Source of the DNA: an uncultured Spirochaetota bacterium
GTDB taxonomy: Bacteria; Spirochaetota; Brevinematia; Brevinematales; JAOACQ01
Reading direction: 5' to 3'
DNA: 64,000 bases
NCBI GenBank assembly: GCA_963835575.1
Contig: CAWIGG010000002.1
Location: 640,001-704,000, forward strand
Shown here: one piece after another, positions 19,255-29,103 of the stretch
Layout of the letters: the number at the start of each line of letters is the position of its first letter
Numbering within the stretch: the stretch's first letter is position 1
The notes under the pieces: generated by a model
Told to the model about the DNA's origin: nothing
Seen by the model: the letters and a program-made list of their open reading frames with translations, nothing else
Databases searched by the model: none
Translations under genes and position numbers: made by a program

Positions 19255-20496
19255 ATGAGCGGCAAGCTGATAAAGGTCCCTTCGAAAGGCGAAGTAATTA
19301 AAATAAAAAACAGGGCGCTGTCTGTCCCGGACTATCCCATCATTCCTTATATTGAAGGAGACGGCACGGGCCCGGATATCTGGAAAGCGTCGCAGGTTGT
19401 CTTTAATGAAGCGGTAAAGAAGGCCTATAAAGGAAAGCGGGAAATCGCCTGGATGGAGATATACGCCGGCGAAAAAGCGCAGGCCCTCTACGGCACTTTT
19501 CTTCCCGAAGAGACCCTGGCTGCTGTCAAGGATTATATGATCTCCATCAAAGGGCCGCTGACGACGCCTGTCGGCGGGGGTATCCGAAGTCTGAATGTGT
19601 CGCTCCGCCAGCTTCTGGACCTGTACGCGTGCATACGGCCAGTCAGGTATTATACAGGCACCCCATCGCCGGTTAAAAGGCCGGAAAATGTAGATATGAT
19701 CATCTTCAGGGAAAACACCGAGGACGTTTACAGCGGCGTTGAATGGCCCAAAGGCTCGGTTGAGGCGAGGCAGGTGATAGATTTTCTCAGGAACACAATG
19801 AAGAAAAATATCCGGGAGGATTCCGGGATCGGCATCAAGCCCATCAGCGAGTTCGGGTCCAAGCGCATAGCCAGGAAAGCGCTTCAGTACGCCGTTGATA
19901 ATAATAGAAGGAGCGTGACGATAGTCCACAAGGGCAATATTATGAAATATACTGAGGGCGCGTTCAAAAACTGGGCTTATGAAACGGCCGTGAGCGAATT
20001 CCGCGACAGGATCATCCTGGAATCGGAGATCACCGACAGTAAAATGGCTGAAGGGAAAGTCATCGTTAAGGACAGGATCGCGGACAGCATGTTCCAGCAG
20101 GTGTTGATCAAGCCTGAAGAATATGATGTGATCGTGACGACGAATTTGAACGGCGACTACCTTTCCGACGCCATCGCGGCGCAGGTCGGCGGCCTGGGCA
20201 TAGCGCCCGGCTCCAACATCGGCGACTATTACGCCGTTTTCGAGGCGACGCATGGGACGGCGCCGAAATACGCCAATCAGGACAAGGTCAATCCCGGCTC
20301 TCTCATCCTTTCAGGCGTGATGATGCTGGAGTATATGGGCTGGAAGGAAGCCGGCGAGCTCATTAAAAATGCCCTTGAAAAGACTATCAAGAGCAAGGTC
20401 GTGACATATGATCTGGCCCGTCAGATCGAAGGGGCGAGAGAAGTGAAATCCAGCGAATTTGCCCGCGAGATCTGCAATAATATGGAAAGCAAATAA
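19255..20496 (+). CDS. icd: Isocitrate dehydrogenase (homodimeric, NADP-type)
   Basis: [51 protein letters not shown]. Confidence 0.97.
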   Translation: MSGKLIKVPSKGEVIKIKNRALSVPDYPIIPYIEGDGTGPDIWKASQVVFNEAVKKAYKGKREIAWMEIYAGEKAQALYGTFLPEETLAAVKDYMISIKGPLTTPVGGGIRSLNVSLRQLLDLYACIRPVRYYTGTPSPVKRPENVDMIIFRENTEDVYSGVEWPKGSVEARQVIDFLRNTMKKNIREDSGIGIKPISEFGSKRIARKALQYAVDNNRRSVTIVHKGNIMKYTEGAFKNWAYETAVSEFRDRIILESEITDSKMAEGKVIVKDRIADSMFQQVLIKPEEYDVIVTTNLNGDYLSDAIAAQVGGLGIAPGSNIGDYYAVFEATHGTAPKYANQDKVNPGSLILSGVMMLEYMGWKEAGELIKNALEKTIKSKVVTYDLARQIEGAREVKSSEFAREICNNMESK

Positions 20497-20568
20497 CCTC
20501 CATAAAAAAGATATAATTTAGGTAAGGCATGTCTTGAAATAATATCAAAGCGGTATTAGAATTTTAGA

Positions 20569-21975
20569 ATGATTGGAAGTTTATTCCTTAATCAGGAATT
20601 CAGGATATTACCCTATCAATACTGGCAAAAGGATTCTTATCCTCAGAAGGCTTATCATCTGCGTATTTTCTGCAAACAGGAATCCATCGATGATAATGCA
20701 GTATTAGTATTACAGGATACCGGCGGGTTGAAAGAAACCGTATTGACGCGGATTATATCTTCAAAAATAGAAAATTATAAAATACTTTCCCTGATCAGCG
20801 GCAAAAAAGTCTTTTTACAGTTAAAGCAAACGGCCGCGCCTGAACCTGTTTCTCCACAGCGGAAGTTCCTTGCCGTTCCGTTTGAATATAAGATAAGCGA
20901 TGGGATAATAAACGGCAGTATCATTCTTTCGGAATCCAATATTAAAAATCTCTACCGGATTCTGGACCATCCGATCGATGATCTGGAAGATTTTATTGAG
21001 GAAAGATATGTCGGGATCCTGGAAAAGGTATTGTACCAGAAGCTATCAAAGCCGCCGGAGAATTTTTCGCAGTCCGTTCTCCTGCTTCCCGACAGGGACC
21101 TTCAGCTTCTGCTAAACCATATCCTTCATAAAAACATCGCTTCGGTTGACATGCTCGCTTCCTATATATACGGGCTGGGGGATGACGGCAAAAAGATCGC
21201 CGATAACCTTTCAAGATCCGTAAAAAATGAGGTAATGGAAAAGGTAAAGCTGGCGCGCCTTAAATCCACTTACCGGTGGGCGGAAGAAGTTAAATATATC
21301 ATTCACCGAAATCTTTTTGTCGCCGCGAGGGAGCTGGATATTTCCATCAGGGGAATGGAAACGCTGGATTTTATGTGGAGGAGTTTCGAGATAAGCGCGG
21401 TAAAGAATCTGCTTCAGAAAAAAAAGGTGGAAGATTGGATTTTTGAATTTGATAAAAACAATCAGATAAAAGAAATCATGGCCGGTATCAAGAGAAAGAT
21501 ATTGACGGAAGCGCTCACTTTTGCGGACATGAATAAAATCGAAAGCGTATTTAAAAAACACATCTCGCAGAACGGCGTCGATCTGCTTAAGGAAGACATT
21601 CAATATTCAAGGAAACTGCCCCTTGATAAGCGTTATCTCTCCCTTTCGCTTTTTTATAAAGGGGTTAAGGAAATCACCTATGCTCCGGTTGTTAAACAAA
21701 TGGATTTCGAAGAGGAAGTCAAAAAAAGGATCTCTGACGGGGGGGCGATCGATCTGATAGTGGATGAAATCGGCTTCGCGAAGCTGGTCTACGCCTTAAA
21801 AAACATGCCGCATGACTGGGTCAGTTCCGTCCTTCAGGGCGTTCTTTTGAATATTTATGAGGATGTCCTCTTAAATAAAATAAAAATAAAGCGGTATGAT
21901 GATTACCGGATCGAGGAAAGCCGCCGGGAATTCCTAAAAGCCCTGCTGATCCTCTGCGATGAAGAGAAGATATGA
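20569..21975 (+). CDS. Hypothetical protein with repeated FliG C-terminal-like segments
   Basis: LPDRDLQLLL..NLSRSV; EALTFA..VFKKHISQNGVDLLKEDIQY; LVYALKNM..IEESRREFL. Confidence 0.55.
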   Translation: MIGSLFLNQEFRILPYQYWQKDSYPQKAYHLRIFCKQESIDDNAVLVLQDTGGLKETVLTRIISSKIENYKILSLISGKKVFLQLKQTAAPEPVSPQRKFLAVPFEYKISDGIINGSIILSESNIKNLYRILDHPIDDLEDFIEERYVGILEKVLYQKLSKPPENFSQSVLLLPDRDLQLLLNHILHKNIASVDMLASYIYGLGDDGKKIADNLSRSVKNEVMEKVKLARLKSTYRWAEEVKYIIHRNLFVAARELDISIRGMETLDFMWRSFEISAVKNLLQKKKVEDWIFEFDKNNQIKEIMAGIKRKILTEALTFADMNKIESVFKKHISQNGVDLLKEDIQYSRKLPLDKRYLSLSLFYKGVKEITYAPVVKQMDFEEEVKKRISDGGAIDLIVDEIGFAKLVYALKNMPHDWVSSVLQGVLLNIYEDVLLNKIKIKRYDDYRIEESRREFLKALLILCDEEKI

Positions 21976-22045
21976 AAAATACTTGACGTTATTGGTTTTT
22001 TTAGTTAAATTATTACTTAATATAAAATAATAATCGGAGGACATA

Positions 22046-22333
22046 ATGAAAGTTAAACCTTTAGGTAACAGAGTTTTGATCAAAGTGAAGGAAACAGAAG
22101 AGAAAACAAAGGGAGGAATTTTTATTCCCCAGACAGCCCAGGAAAAAACGCAGACCGGCGTCATCGAAGCTGTAGGCCCGGGTAAAAAGAACAACAAGGG
22201 CGAGTTGATCCCTCTTGAAGTTAAACCGAAAGACGAAATTATTTTTGATAAGTACGCCGGCACTCAGATTAAGATCGACACTGCCGATTTTCTGATTTTA
22301 TCAGCGGATGATATCCTGGCGATAATTTCTTAA
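22046..22333 (+). CDS. groES: Co-chaperonin GroES
   Basis: VKPLGNRVLIK, TKGGIFIP, AVGPG, KYAGT; upstream TTGACG-N17-TAAATT (21983-22011). Confidence 0.97.
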   Translation: MKVKPLGNRVLIKVKETEEKTKGGIFIPQTAQEKTQTGVIEAVGPGKKNNKGELIPLEVKPKDEIIFDKYAGTQIKIDTADFLILSADDILAIIS

Positions 22334-22354
22334 GTTAAGAATAATTTTAATATT

Positions 22355-22422
22355 CCCGTCCCTCACCATTTTGTCAGGTTACACCGGAGAAGCCGACAAA
22401 ATGGTGAGGGACGGGTTTTTTT
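22355..22422 (+). terminator. Long hairpin terminator
   Basis: Perfect 21-bp stem (22355-22375 / 22395-22415) followed by T-tract. Confidence 0.85.
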
Positions 22423-24157
22423 ATTTACTGAACAGACCGGTTATAAAATAAATCCCGTATGTGATCTGAAGGATAACCAGATAAGCGAAGCTTATGACGC
22501 CTTTCTTAAAACCGGAAAAAAGGATCCTGGTAAAAAGCATTAATAAATAACAGGACAATACAGGAACGGCGAAAAGAATGTTTTTTAATAAGACCGCGCT
22601 GATGACGGACGCCGGGATCAAAAGCAGAATAAAAAGGGAAAGGATATAAAATCCATCCTTCAGGCTGAGTCTGTTGGATTGACTGTGCTCCCTGTACTGG
22701 CGCGCCCTCAAGAGGGCGTTTTTTATGATCAGGCCGAATAATTCCTTATTATTCTGGGGAAATTTTCTGTACAGCATAATATCCGGGCTGTATGATATCT
22801 TTTTTGAGCGCTTTTTTATCTGTCTGCAGAGCAGGTATTCCAGCTTTAAATGATTTTTGATTGACAGGTCTTTTATATCAACATATTCCTTTTTTATAAA
22901 AAGGCCGTTCAGCTGGAGTTCATTGACTTCCTTGTAATTGAGGGGTTTATAACGGTAGTTCAGATTGAGGTTCAGAAAATAGCTGGATAATACCGAGTAT
23001 GAAAGTAATTCAAACGAAGAAGGCCTGTTCCGCAGGACAACATATCCTCCCGTCGCGCCGATATGGGGCAGGGACAGGATCCTTCCGGAGGAAAATAAAA
23101 AACGCTCGTCCGGATAACAGTCCAGCGCGGATAAAACAATGATATCACCTTTAATCATCCGCTCTTTCAGGATTTTTATCATCCTGAGGCTGAAGCTCTC
23201 CTCACCGGTACGGCAGAATTTAATCCTCGGGTCTCTTATGCCGGGGGCTTTTTTACCCGCGTAAATAATTTCATAATCATTATACTGGATCTTCAGAAAA
23301 TGCCTGAGAGATTCTTTTTCATATCTGTCATAATTCTGGGGGAAAAGAATGATCGAATAAAAGAATTGTTTATTCTGCCCCATCGGCCTGTTATAAAACC
23401 GCAGGATTTTATCGCGGAAAAAAACGGCAAGAGTATCTATAAAAGTTTTAATGATCATATTGAGTTTTATGTTGCCGAAGCTGCCGCGGGTGTATTTCAG
23501 TTCTATCGGCGCCGGCGCGATCTTTTTATGATTCTTATGCAGAACAATGAGAAGCTCAATATCAAAGGCGAAATGCTTGACTAAAACTTTCGGCAGCGAC
23601 ATTTCGAGGGCTTCCCGTTTGAAAAGCTTGATGCCAGTTTGAGAGTCCATGACCGGCAGGCCGAAAAGAAGTTTGATAACCGAATAATAGACCAGGCTCA
23701 TGATCCTTCTTTTGAGCGGGTATGTCAGTATCGAATCATGGTGAAGCTTGCTTCCGATGACGGCGTCGGCTTTTTCCGCGATCATAACGCGGAAGAAATT
23801 GGGGATATGATAGGGAGATAATTCCAGGTCGGAATCGAGAAACATGATATAATCGCCGGTGGAAAACTCATAGCCGGTTTTCAATGCCCAGCCTTTTCCG
23901 AAATTATGATAATTCCGGACTATTTTAACCCGGGGATGTCCGGAAAATTCTTTTTTAAGGATTTTATAAGAATTGTCCCTGGATCCGTCGTCAATGAGGA
24001 TTATTTCATAATTGAAATTGAGCTCTTTTAAAACACGGATGACTTCATGGGTGTTCCGGACAATGATCTTTTCTTCATTCAGGAAGGGCATCAGAATTGA
24101 AAGCTTTTTATTTTTTCTTATTTTTTCAGATACCGGTAATTTTTCCAAAGGGTGCAT
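22421..24157 (-). CDS. GT2 glycosyltransferase (DPM1-like domain, degenerate second GT2 domain, C-terminal TM helices)
   Basis: SILMPFLNE, IDDGSRD, NFGKGWA, FLDSD, DSQTGIK, FAFDIELL. Confidence 0.9.
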   Translation of the reverse strand: MHPLEKLPVSEKIRKNKKLSILMPFLNEEKIIVRNTHEVIRVLKELNFNYEIILIDDGSRDNSYKILKKEFSGHPRVKIVRNYHNFGKGWALKTGYEFSTGDYIMFLDSDLELSPYHIPNFFRVMIAEKADAVIGSKLHHDSILTYPLKRRIMSLVYYSVIKLLFGLPVMDSQTGIKLFKREALEMSLPKVLVKHFAFDIELLIVLHKNHKKIAPAPIELKYTRGSFGNIKLNMIIKTFIDTLAVFFRDKILRFYNRPMGQNKQFFYSIILFPQNYDRYEKESLRHFLKIQYNDYEIIYAGKKAPGIRDPRIKFCRTGEESFSLRMIKILKERMIKGDIIVLSALDCYPDERFLFSSGRILSLPHIGATGGYVVLRNRPSSFELLSYSVLSSYFLNLNLNYRYKPLNYKEVNELQLNGLFIKKEYVDIKDLSIKNHLKLEYLLCRQIKKRSKKISYSPDIMLYRKFPQNNKELFGLIIKNALLRARQYREHSQSNRLSLKDGFYILSLFILLLIPASVISAVLLKNILFAVPVLSCYLLMLFTRILFSGFKKGVISFAYLVILQITYGIYFITGLFSK

Positions 24158-24174
24158 GAGTTTTTCCCCTGTGA

Positions 24175-24204
24175 TAAAGGCGGCGAATCAAATCGCCGCC
24201 TTTA
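24175..24204 (-). terminator. Hairpin downstream of leuB
   Basis: TAAAGGCGGCGA / TCGCCGCCTTTA perfect 12-bp stem. Confidence 0.65.
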
Positions 24205-24223
24205 TATTTTAATAACTATTTTT

Positions 24224-25294
24224 TTATATCGCTCCGGCCACCAGGTCCCCGACCTCTTCCGTTGTGTAGCCCATTTTGCCGGCCGACTGGCTTTTCATTT
24301 TGGTGCACGCGTAAGCGACGCCTTTTGCGATGGCTTTGGCCGCATTGTCTTCTCCGAGTTCGTCCAGCATCATCCGTCCCGCCTCAATGGCCGCGAGAGG
24401 GTTGATTTTATGGAGGCCTGTGTACTTGGGCGCTGAGCCGCCGATGGGCTCGAACATGGAAACGCCTTCGGGATTGATGTTCCCGCCGGCCGCTATTCCC
24501 ATCCCGCCCTGGATCATGGCGCCGAGGTCGGTGATGATGTCGCCGAAGAGGTTTTCAGTGACCGCGACATCGAACCACTCGGGGTTTTTGACAAACCACA
24601 TTGTTGTCGCGTCGACATGGGCGTAATCGCGCTTGAGGGACGGGTATTGCGAGGCGCCCATCTCCTCAAAAGCCCTGAACCAGAGGTCGCCGCAGTATGT
24701 CAGGACGTTCCTTTTATGGACAAGATGGATCGGCTTTTCCGCGTAGACTTTATTTTCCTGGTTTCTTTTTTTCTTCAGTTCAAAGGCGAATTTCAGACAG
24801 CGGTCGACGGTCCTTCTGTCGTAAACCATCAATTGAGAGGCGATCTCGTCCTGCGTGCCTTCGCGCGTCACGCCGCCGTGGCCGGTGTATATGCCGCCTG
24901 AGTTTTCCCTGACGACGATAAAGTCGATATCCGCAGGGCCTTTATCCTTGATCGGAGTTTCGACATTGGGGTAAAGCTTGACCGGCCTGAGGTTGATGTA
25001 CTGGTCCAGGTCAAACCGGATGCGGAGGAGAAGACCCTTCTCTAAAATTCCGGGCTTGACGTCTGGATGCCCGATGGCGCCGAGGTAGATGGCGTCGTAT
25101 TTTTTTAATTCCTCTATTTCCTGTTTATCGATGATCTTCCCTGTTTTGAGATAGCGTTCGCCGCCGAAATCATAAAAATGATAATCCAGCTTAAGCTTGA
25201 ATTTATCCGCGGCGCTTTTTAAAACCTTGATGCCTTCGGCGATGACTTCAGGGCCTGTCCCGTCCCCGCCGATCACGGCGATATTGTAAGCCAT
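24224..25294 (-). CDS. leuB: 3-isopropylmalate dehydrogenase
   Basis: GDGTGPEV, EKGLLLRIR, NLRP, VVRENSGG, NLFGDIITD, FEPIGGSAP. Confidence 0.9.
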   Translation of the reverse strand: MAYNIAVIGGDGTGPEVIAEGIKVLKSAADKFKLKLDYHFYDFGGERYLKTGKIIDKQEIEELKKYDAIYLGAIGHPDVKPGILEKGLLLRIRFDLDQYINLRPVKLYPNVETPIKDKGPADIDFIVVRENSGGIYTGHGGVTREGTQDEIASQLMVYDRRTVDRCLKFAFELKKKRNQENKVYAEKPIHLVHKRNVLTYCGDLWFRAFEEMGASQYPSLKRDYAHVDATTMWFVKNPEWFDVAVTENLFGDIITDLGAMIQGGMGIAAGGNINPEGVSMFEPIGGSAPKYTGLHKINPLAAIEAGRMMLDELGEDNAAKAIAKGVAYACTKMKSQSAGKMGYTTEEVGDLVAGAI

Positions 25295-25427
25295 ATTTCC
25301 TCCTTATTATAGACGCGGCTTTATTAATCGTTATATTATTATAACAGGCATAAATTCTAAAGGACGATTGAAAAAAAATAAAATTTTCTTTTGGAAGGAA
25401 TTTGATCGGGTAACGGTTGGAGTCTAA

Positions 25428-25664
25428 TCAGCCACAGAATTTCACGGAAATTCACTGAAAGGGGATGATGGACTATTTTTATTCTGTGTTAATCTGTGTA
25501 ATTCAGTGGCTGAAATTTTTAAGGCGCTTTCCTTTTTTTTAACCCAAAAATAATTCTCAGCATCTTTTATTTTTCCTATAGCTTGTCCCTCGGCGGGTAC
25601 TTCGTGTCTTCCCTACTTTCTGTTAAACCTCACCCTTATTCGCGTGAATTCGCGGATTACCCGT
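25428..25664. repeat. Cluster of periodic inverted-repeat arms, including an uninterrupted homolog of the IS110 target (25600-25628)
   Basis: TCAGCCACAGAAT-TTCACGGAAA-TTCACTGAAA ... TTCTGTGTT-AATCTGTGTA-ATTCAGTGGCTGA; ATTCGCGTGAATTCGCGGATTACCC. Confidence 0.75.
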
Positions 25665-25756
25665 TCTTTTATCTCCAATTGACTTTTTCATCGTTTCCGT
25701 TTAATATTTATACCTCATTTTTCTTTGAAAAATAATTCGTCTAAAGGAGTTTTCCA

Positions 25757-26134
25757 TTGAAAATTGATTTTGAAAAAGGGGATGGTCTTGTCCCCGTCAT
25801 CACGCAGGACGTTAAAACGGGCGAAGTTCTGATGCTGGCTTATGCCAACAGGGAAGCCTTCGAATATACAATAAAAACCGGCAAGGCAACATACTGGTCG
25901 CGCTCGCGGAACAAGCTCTGGTGCAAGGGCGAGGAATCGGGGAATTACCAGGAGATCGTCGAAATTCTGATCGACTGCGATGAGGACACGCTCCTGTATA
26001 AAGTGAACCAGAAAGGCGGCGCCGCGTGCCACGAGGGTTATGAAAGCTGTTTTTTCAGGACCCTCCAAAAGGGCGAGTGGGTGAATAACGGCAAAGTCAG
26101 GGTATTTGACCCGAAAACGGTTTATAAAAAATAA
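25757..26134 (+). CDS. hisI: Phosphoribosyl-AMP cyclohydrolase
   Basis: [27 protein letters not shown]. Confidence 0.96.
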   Translation: MKIDFEKGDGLVPVITQDVKTGEVLMLAYANREAFEYTIKTGKATYWSRSRNKLWCKGEESGNYQEIVEILIDCDEDTLLYKVNQKGGAACHEGYESCFFRTLQKGEWVNNGKVRVFDPKTVYKK

Positions 26135-26146
26135 TAAGGATTGTTT

Positions 26147-27025
26147 ATGAGTAATAAAGTATTGAAGCTTGGTATCCCGAAGGGAAGTCTGGAGGAAGCG
26201 ACGCTCGCGATGTTCAAGAAGGCGGGCTACAACATCAACCTCAGTTCGCGCTCGTACTACCCATGGGTGGACGACGAGGAGCTTTCTCTACTGATGATCC
26301 GGGCGCAGGAAATGGCCCGCTATGTCGAGGAAGGCGTCCTTGACGCCGGCATCACCGGCAGGGACTGGGTCGAGGAAAACCATGCCGATGTCACGGCCGT
26401 TTCGACATTGAATTACTCCAAGTCGAGCAGGAAGCCCGTGCGCTGGGTGCTGGCCGTGCCGCAGGATTCCGGCTTAAAGTCCGTCAAGGACCTTGAAGGA
26501 AAGCGCATCGCTACGGAAGCCGTCGAGATGACGAAAAAGTACCTCGCTAAGAACGGCGTCAAGGCGCTGGTGGAATTCAGCTGGGGCGCGACGGAAGTGA
26601 AATGCCCGACGCTGGCGGACGCCATCGTGGAGATCACGGAAACGGGCTCGAGCCTCCGCGCGAATAACCTCGTCATCATCGACGAAGTGATGGTTTCGAC
26701 CACACAGCTCATTGTCAATAAGAATTCATGGAAAGACGCCTGGAAAAAGGATAAAATAGAAAAGATCAACCTGCTCCTGCAGGCCGTCCTTTCGGCGGAA
26801 AGCAAAGTCGGGCTGATGCTGAACGTGTCGAAGAAAAACCTTGACGCCGTTCTGAAGATCCTGCCGGCGCTCCAGAAGCCGACGGTAAGCCCCCTCACGG
26901 ACAACGAATGGGTGGCGCTCAACACGATCATCGACGAGAAGATCGTACGGGACATCGTGCCTGAGCTGAAGAGGCTCGGCGCATCGGGGATTGTCGAGTA
27001 TCCTTTGAATAAAATTATAGACTAA
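26147..27025 (+). CDS. hisG: ATP phosphoribosyltransferase, long form
   Basis: [38 protein letters not shown]-terminal regulatory domain. Confidence 0.96.
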   Translation: MSNKVLKLGIPKGSLEEATLAMFKKAGYNINLSSRSYYPWVDDEELSLLMIRAQEMARYVEEGVLDAGITGRDWVEENHADVTAVSTLNYSKSSRKPVRWVLAVPQDSGLKSVKDLEGKRIATEAVEMTKKYLAKNGVKALVEFSWGATEVKCPTLADAIVEITETGSSLRANNLVIIDEVMVSTTQLIVNKNSWKDAWKKDKIEKINLLLQAVLSAESKVGLMLNVSKKNLDAVLKILPALQKPTVSPLTDNEWVALNTIIDEKIVRDIVPELKRLGASGIVEYPLNKIID

Positions 27026-27033
27026 TATAAACC

Positions 27034-27583
27034 ATTCTTTATTGTAATATCCGATTGTTCACGCGGATTACACTGATGACACGGATTTTCGCAGATACAC
27101 GGATTAAATTCACGCAAAGGCGCAAAGATCGCAAAGAATCAGATTATATACGTCTCCCCAAATATTTTAACCGCCCAAGACACCAAGGACACTAAGATTC
27201 ACCAACTTTGGGTTTTATTGTTAATGTCTTTTATTTCTTCTTTAGCCTTTGTGTTCTTCAATTCTTTTATTTAAATCCCGGGTAATTCCAGTATAATAAC
27301 TGCCGTCACAGCATTCAAGAATATACATATATGACATAAAATCCCCCTTCCCCCCGTTCTCCGCGTCCTCAGCGTCTCAGCGGCAAATAAACACTTCTAC
27401 TAACCAACTATCTTTTATAATAAATAAATCCTCATAAATCTGTCTTAATCTGTGAAAATCAGTGTGAACAATCGGATATTATGAAAAAGAATCCTTTTAT
27501 AAAATCCTTAATCGTATAAAAGCTTCAGTATTAAATTACCGTTATCCCCATTCTTTGTGTTTTTGCCCCTGCGCCTCCGTGAT
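27034..27583. repeat. Nested periodic inverted-repeat cluster
   Basis: 18-bp perfect IR TAATATCCGATTGTTCAC (27045-27062) / 27464-27481, enclosing CACGCAAAG-, CACCAAG- and CTCAGCGT-type tandem units. Confidence 0.8.
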
Positions 27584-27586
27584 GAT

Positions 27587-28489
27587 TCATTTCCTTAACC
27601 TCACAAACCCCGCCCTCACACGGCCGCGGTATCTTCCACTCCTCACGATCCCCGGAATAAAATACACTTCTTCCGATTTTAGTTTTTTAGAGTCTTCTTT
27701 AATAAACAATTTATTCAGCAGCCAGTAGAAGAGGAAGAAATAGACAAACGGCATGATCACAAATAATAGAATAACGGTGATGAAATAATTGATCGCCAGT
27801 TCCAGCAGCTTCAGGATGGACTCGCCGACAAACGTCTGGGCTTTGGTGAAGGCCTCAACGATAAAATTCTTTACTTTATTGAAAGTCTTGATCAGGAACT
27901 CGGCGATGATTGTCAGGAAACTTTTCTGCTTGATATCCTGGTCGGTTTTGACAGGCGCCGGATTCTGCGCGTTTTTATCGCTGGATTTTTGATTGACAGG
28001 TTCCTTCTGAATATTTTCGATATGCGCCTTGATGAGGGTCCCATTTTCAAGCTGGGCGGCCTGTGTAAAATAATTCGTGATATGGACGGACAGGGACAAT
28101 CCCGGATTGATGAAGAGGAGGAGGATCAAAAGCTTGACCGCCCATTTTTTTGTCTTTTCAAAAAGGGTCAAAGCCCATGTGCCGACAAGAAGAAGCTTTA
28201 TTAATAAAAGCTGACTGATCTTCAGAAGGATAAGCTGAAATAGGAGAACGCCGTTGATGATCACGAAAAAGTTGAATATTTTATCGACGATCTCGGCGGA
28301 ACCTTTGAGCAGGGGCACACCGCCTATCAGGATTTTAAGTCCTGTTACAAGCGAGAGGTTTGTTAAAGCGAGCGTTGATGAATTGCTGAGAAAGAGAAGC
28401 GCGCCCTGGTAAAAGACATCAAAGAGAGCAAAAAGGACTAAAATAAGACAGACCACGGACTGCCAGTTTTTTAAAAGAAACTTCTTCAT
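27587..28489 (-). CDS. Hypothetical multi-pass membrane protein
   Basis: 300-aa ORF with GGAG RBS and several hydrophobic helices. Confidence 0.7.
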   Translation of the reverse strand: MKKFLLKNWQSVVCLILVLFALFDVFYQGALLFLSNSSTLALTNLSLVTGLKILIGGVPLLKGSAEIVDKIFNFFVIINGVLLFQLILLKISQLLLIKLLLVGTWALTLFEKTKKWAVKLLILLLFINPGLSLSVHITNYFTQAAQLENGTLIKAHIENIQKEPVNQKSSDKNAQNPAPVKTDQDIKQKSFLTIIAEFLIKTFNKVKNFIVEAFTKAQTFVGESILKLLELAINYFITVILLFVIMPFVYFFLFYWLLNKLFIKEDSKKLKSEEVYFIPGIVRSGRYRGRVRAGFVRLRK

Positions 28490-28544
28490 AATTATACTCC
28501 ATCATAATTAATCATTCCTATTTATCGGAAAAACTCCTATATTT

Positions 28545-28849
28545 AAACACCAAGACTCCAAAATCACCAAGAATCACCAAGGAAATTTAATCCATTTCAT
28601 TGCTCATCTTGACAGTCACTTGCTTAATCCTGTTTGTGTATCTTTGTGTTCTTGACATCTTGATGCTTCAATACATTATTATAAAATGTCGAAAGCCTAA
28701 TAATAGGGAAGTGTAAATTAATCAGACACCTTAAATACATCCTGTTCTCTGTGCTCTCCTTTTTCTCAGTAATCTCTGTGTTTTTCAATAAAAGGATAAG
28801 TATTATTATCATTATGATGACCATTTCCCGGTTCTTCGTGCCTTCCCGT
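28545..28849. repeat. Periodic repeat arms left of the IS110 element
   Basis: AAACACCAAGACTCCAAAATCACCAAGAATCACCAAGG; CTTTGTGTTCTTGACATCTTGATG; TTCTCTGTG..CTCTGTG; CTTCGTGCCTTCCCGT. Confidence 0.7.
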
Positions 28850-28864
28850 CTTGTAAGCTATATT

Positions 28865-29077
28865 TTGGAGAAAAAGTTTACAAAAAATAATTCTTCAGTA
28901 GAATACCTCCTTGTGGAAGTTGTTGCTCACTACCCGCCTGCCTTCTGGTTTGAAACCAAGGCACACAGGAAGATTGCCAACTCCACAAGGACCGTTTTGG
29001 TCTCTTAAAACAATTGCCAGGATATTCCCTTGAATAATCCTGTCGCTCATTACAAGGGTGCCGAAATGGAACGGTCT
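28865..29077 (+). ncRNA. Putative IS110 bridge RNA (5' stem-loop, target-binding loop, donor-binding loop)
   Basis: Stems TCCTTGTGG/CCACAAGGA and GACCGTT/AACGGTC; loop segments match or complement the element ends and flanks; RNA ends approximate. Confidence 0.8.
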
Positions 29078-29103
29078 GATATTTTAATCTGCTGGAGGAA
29101 AAA

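Noticed and set aside
19240..20253. 337-aa antisense ORF, and similar shadow ORFs over accC, hisG, gpmI and others
   Set aside because: Lie opposite well-conserved genes with no recognisable motifs; codon-bias artefacts.
27034..28849. Possible CRISPR or TIGR-like array
   Set aside because: No constant direct repeat with regular unique spacers, no cas genes, and units vary between arms.
28877..28904. Internal promoter TTTACA-N16-TAGAAT in the IS left end
   Set aside because: Plausible, but cannot be distinguished from AT-rich chance match; the junction promoter is better supported.
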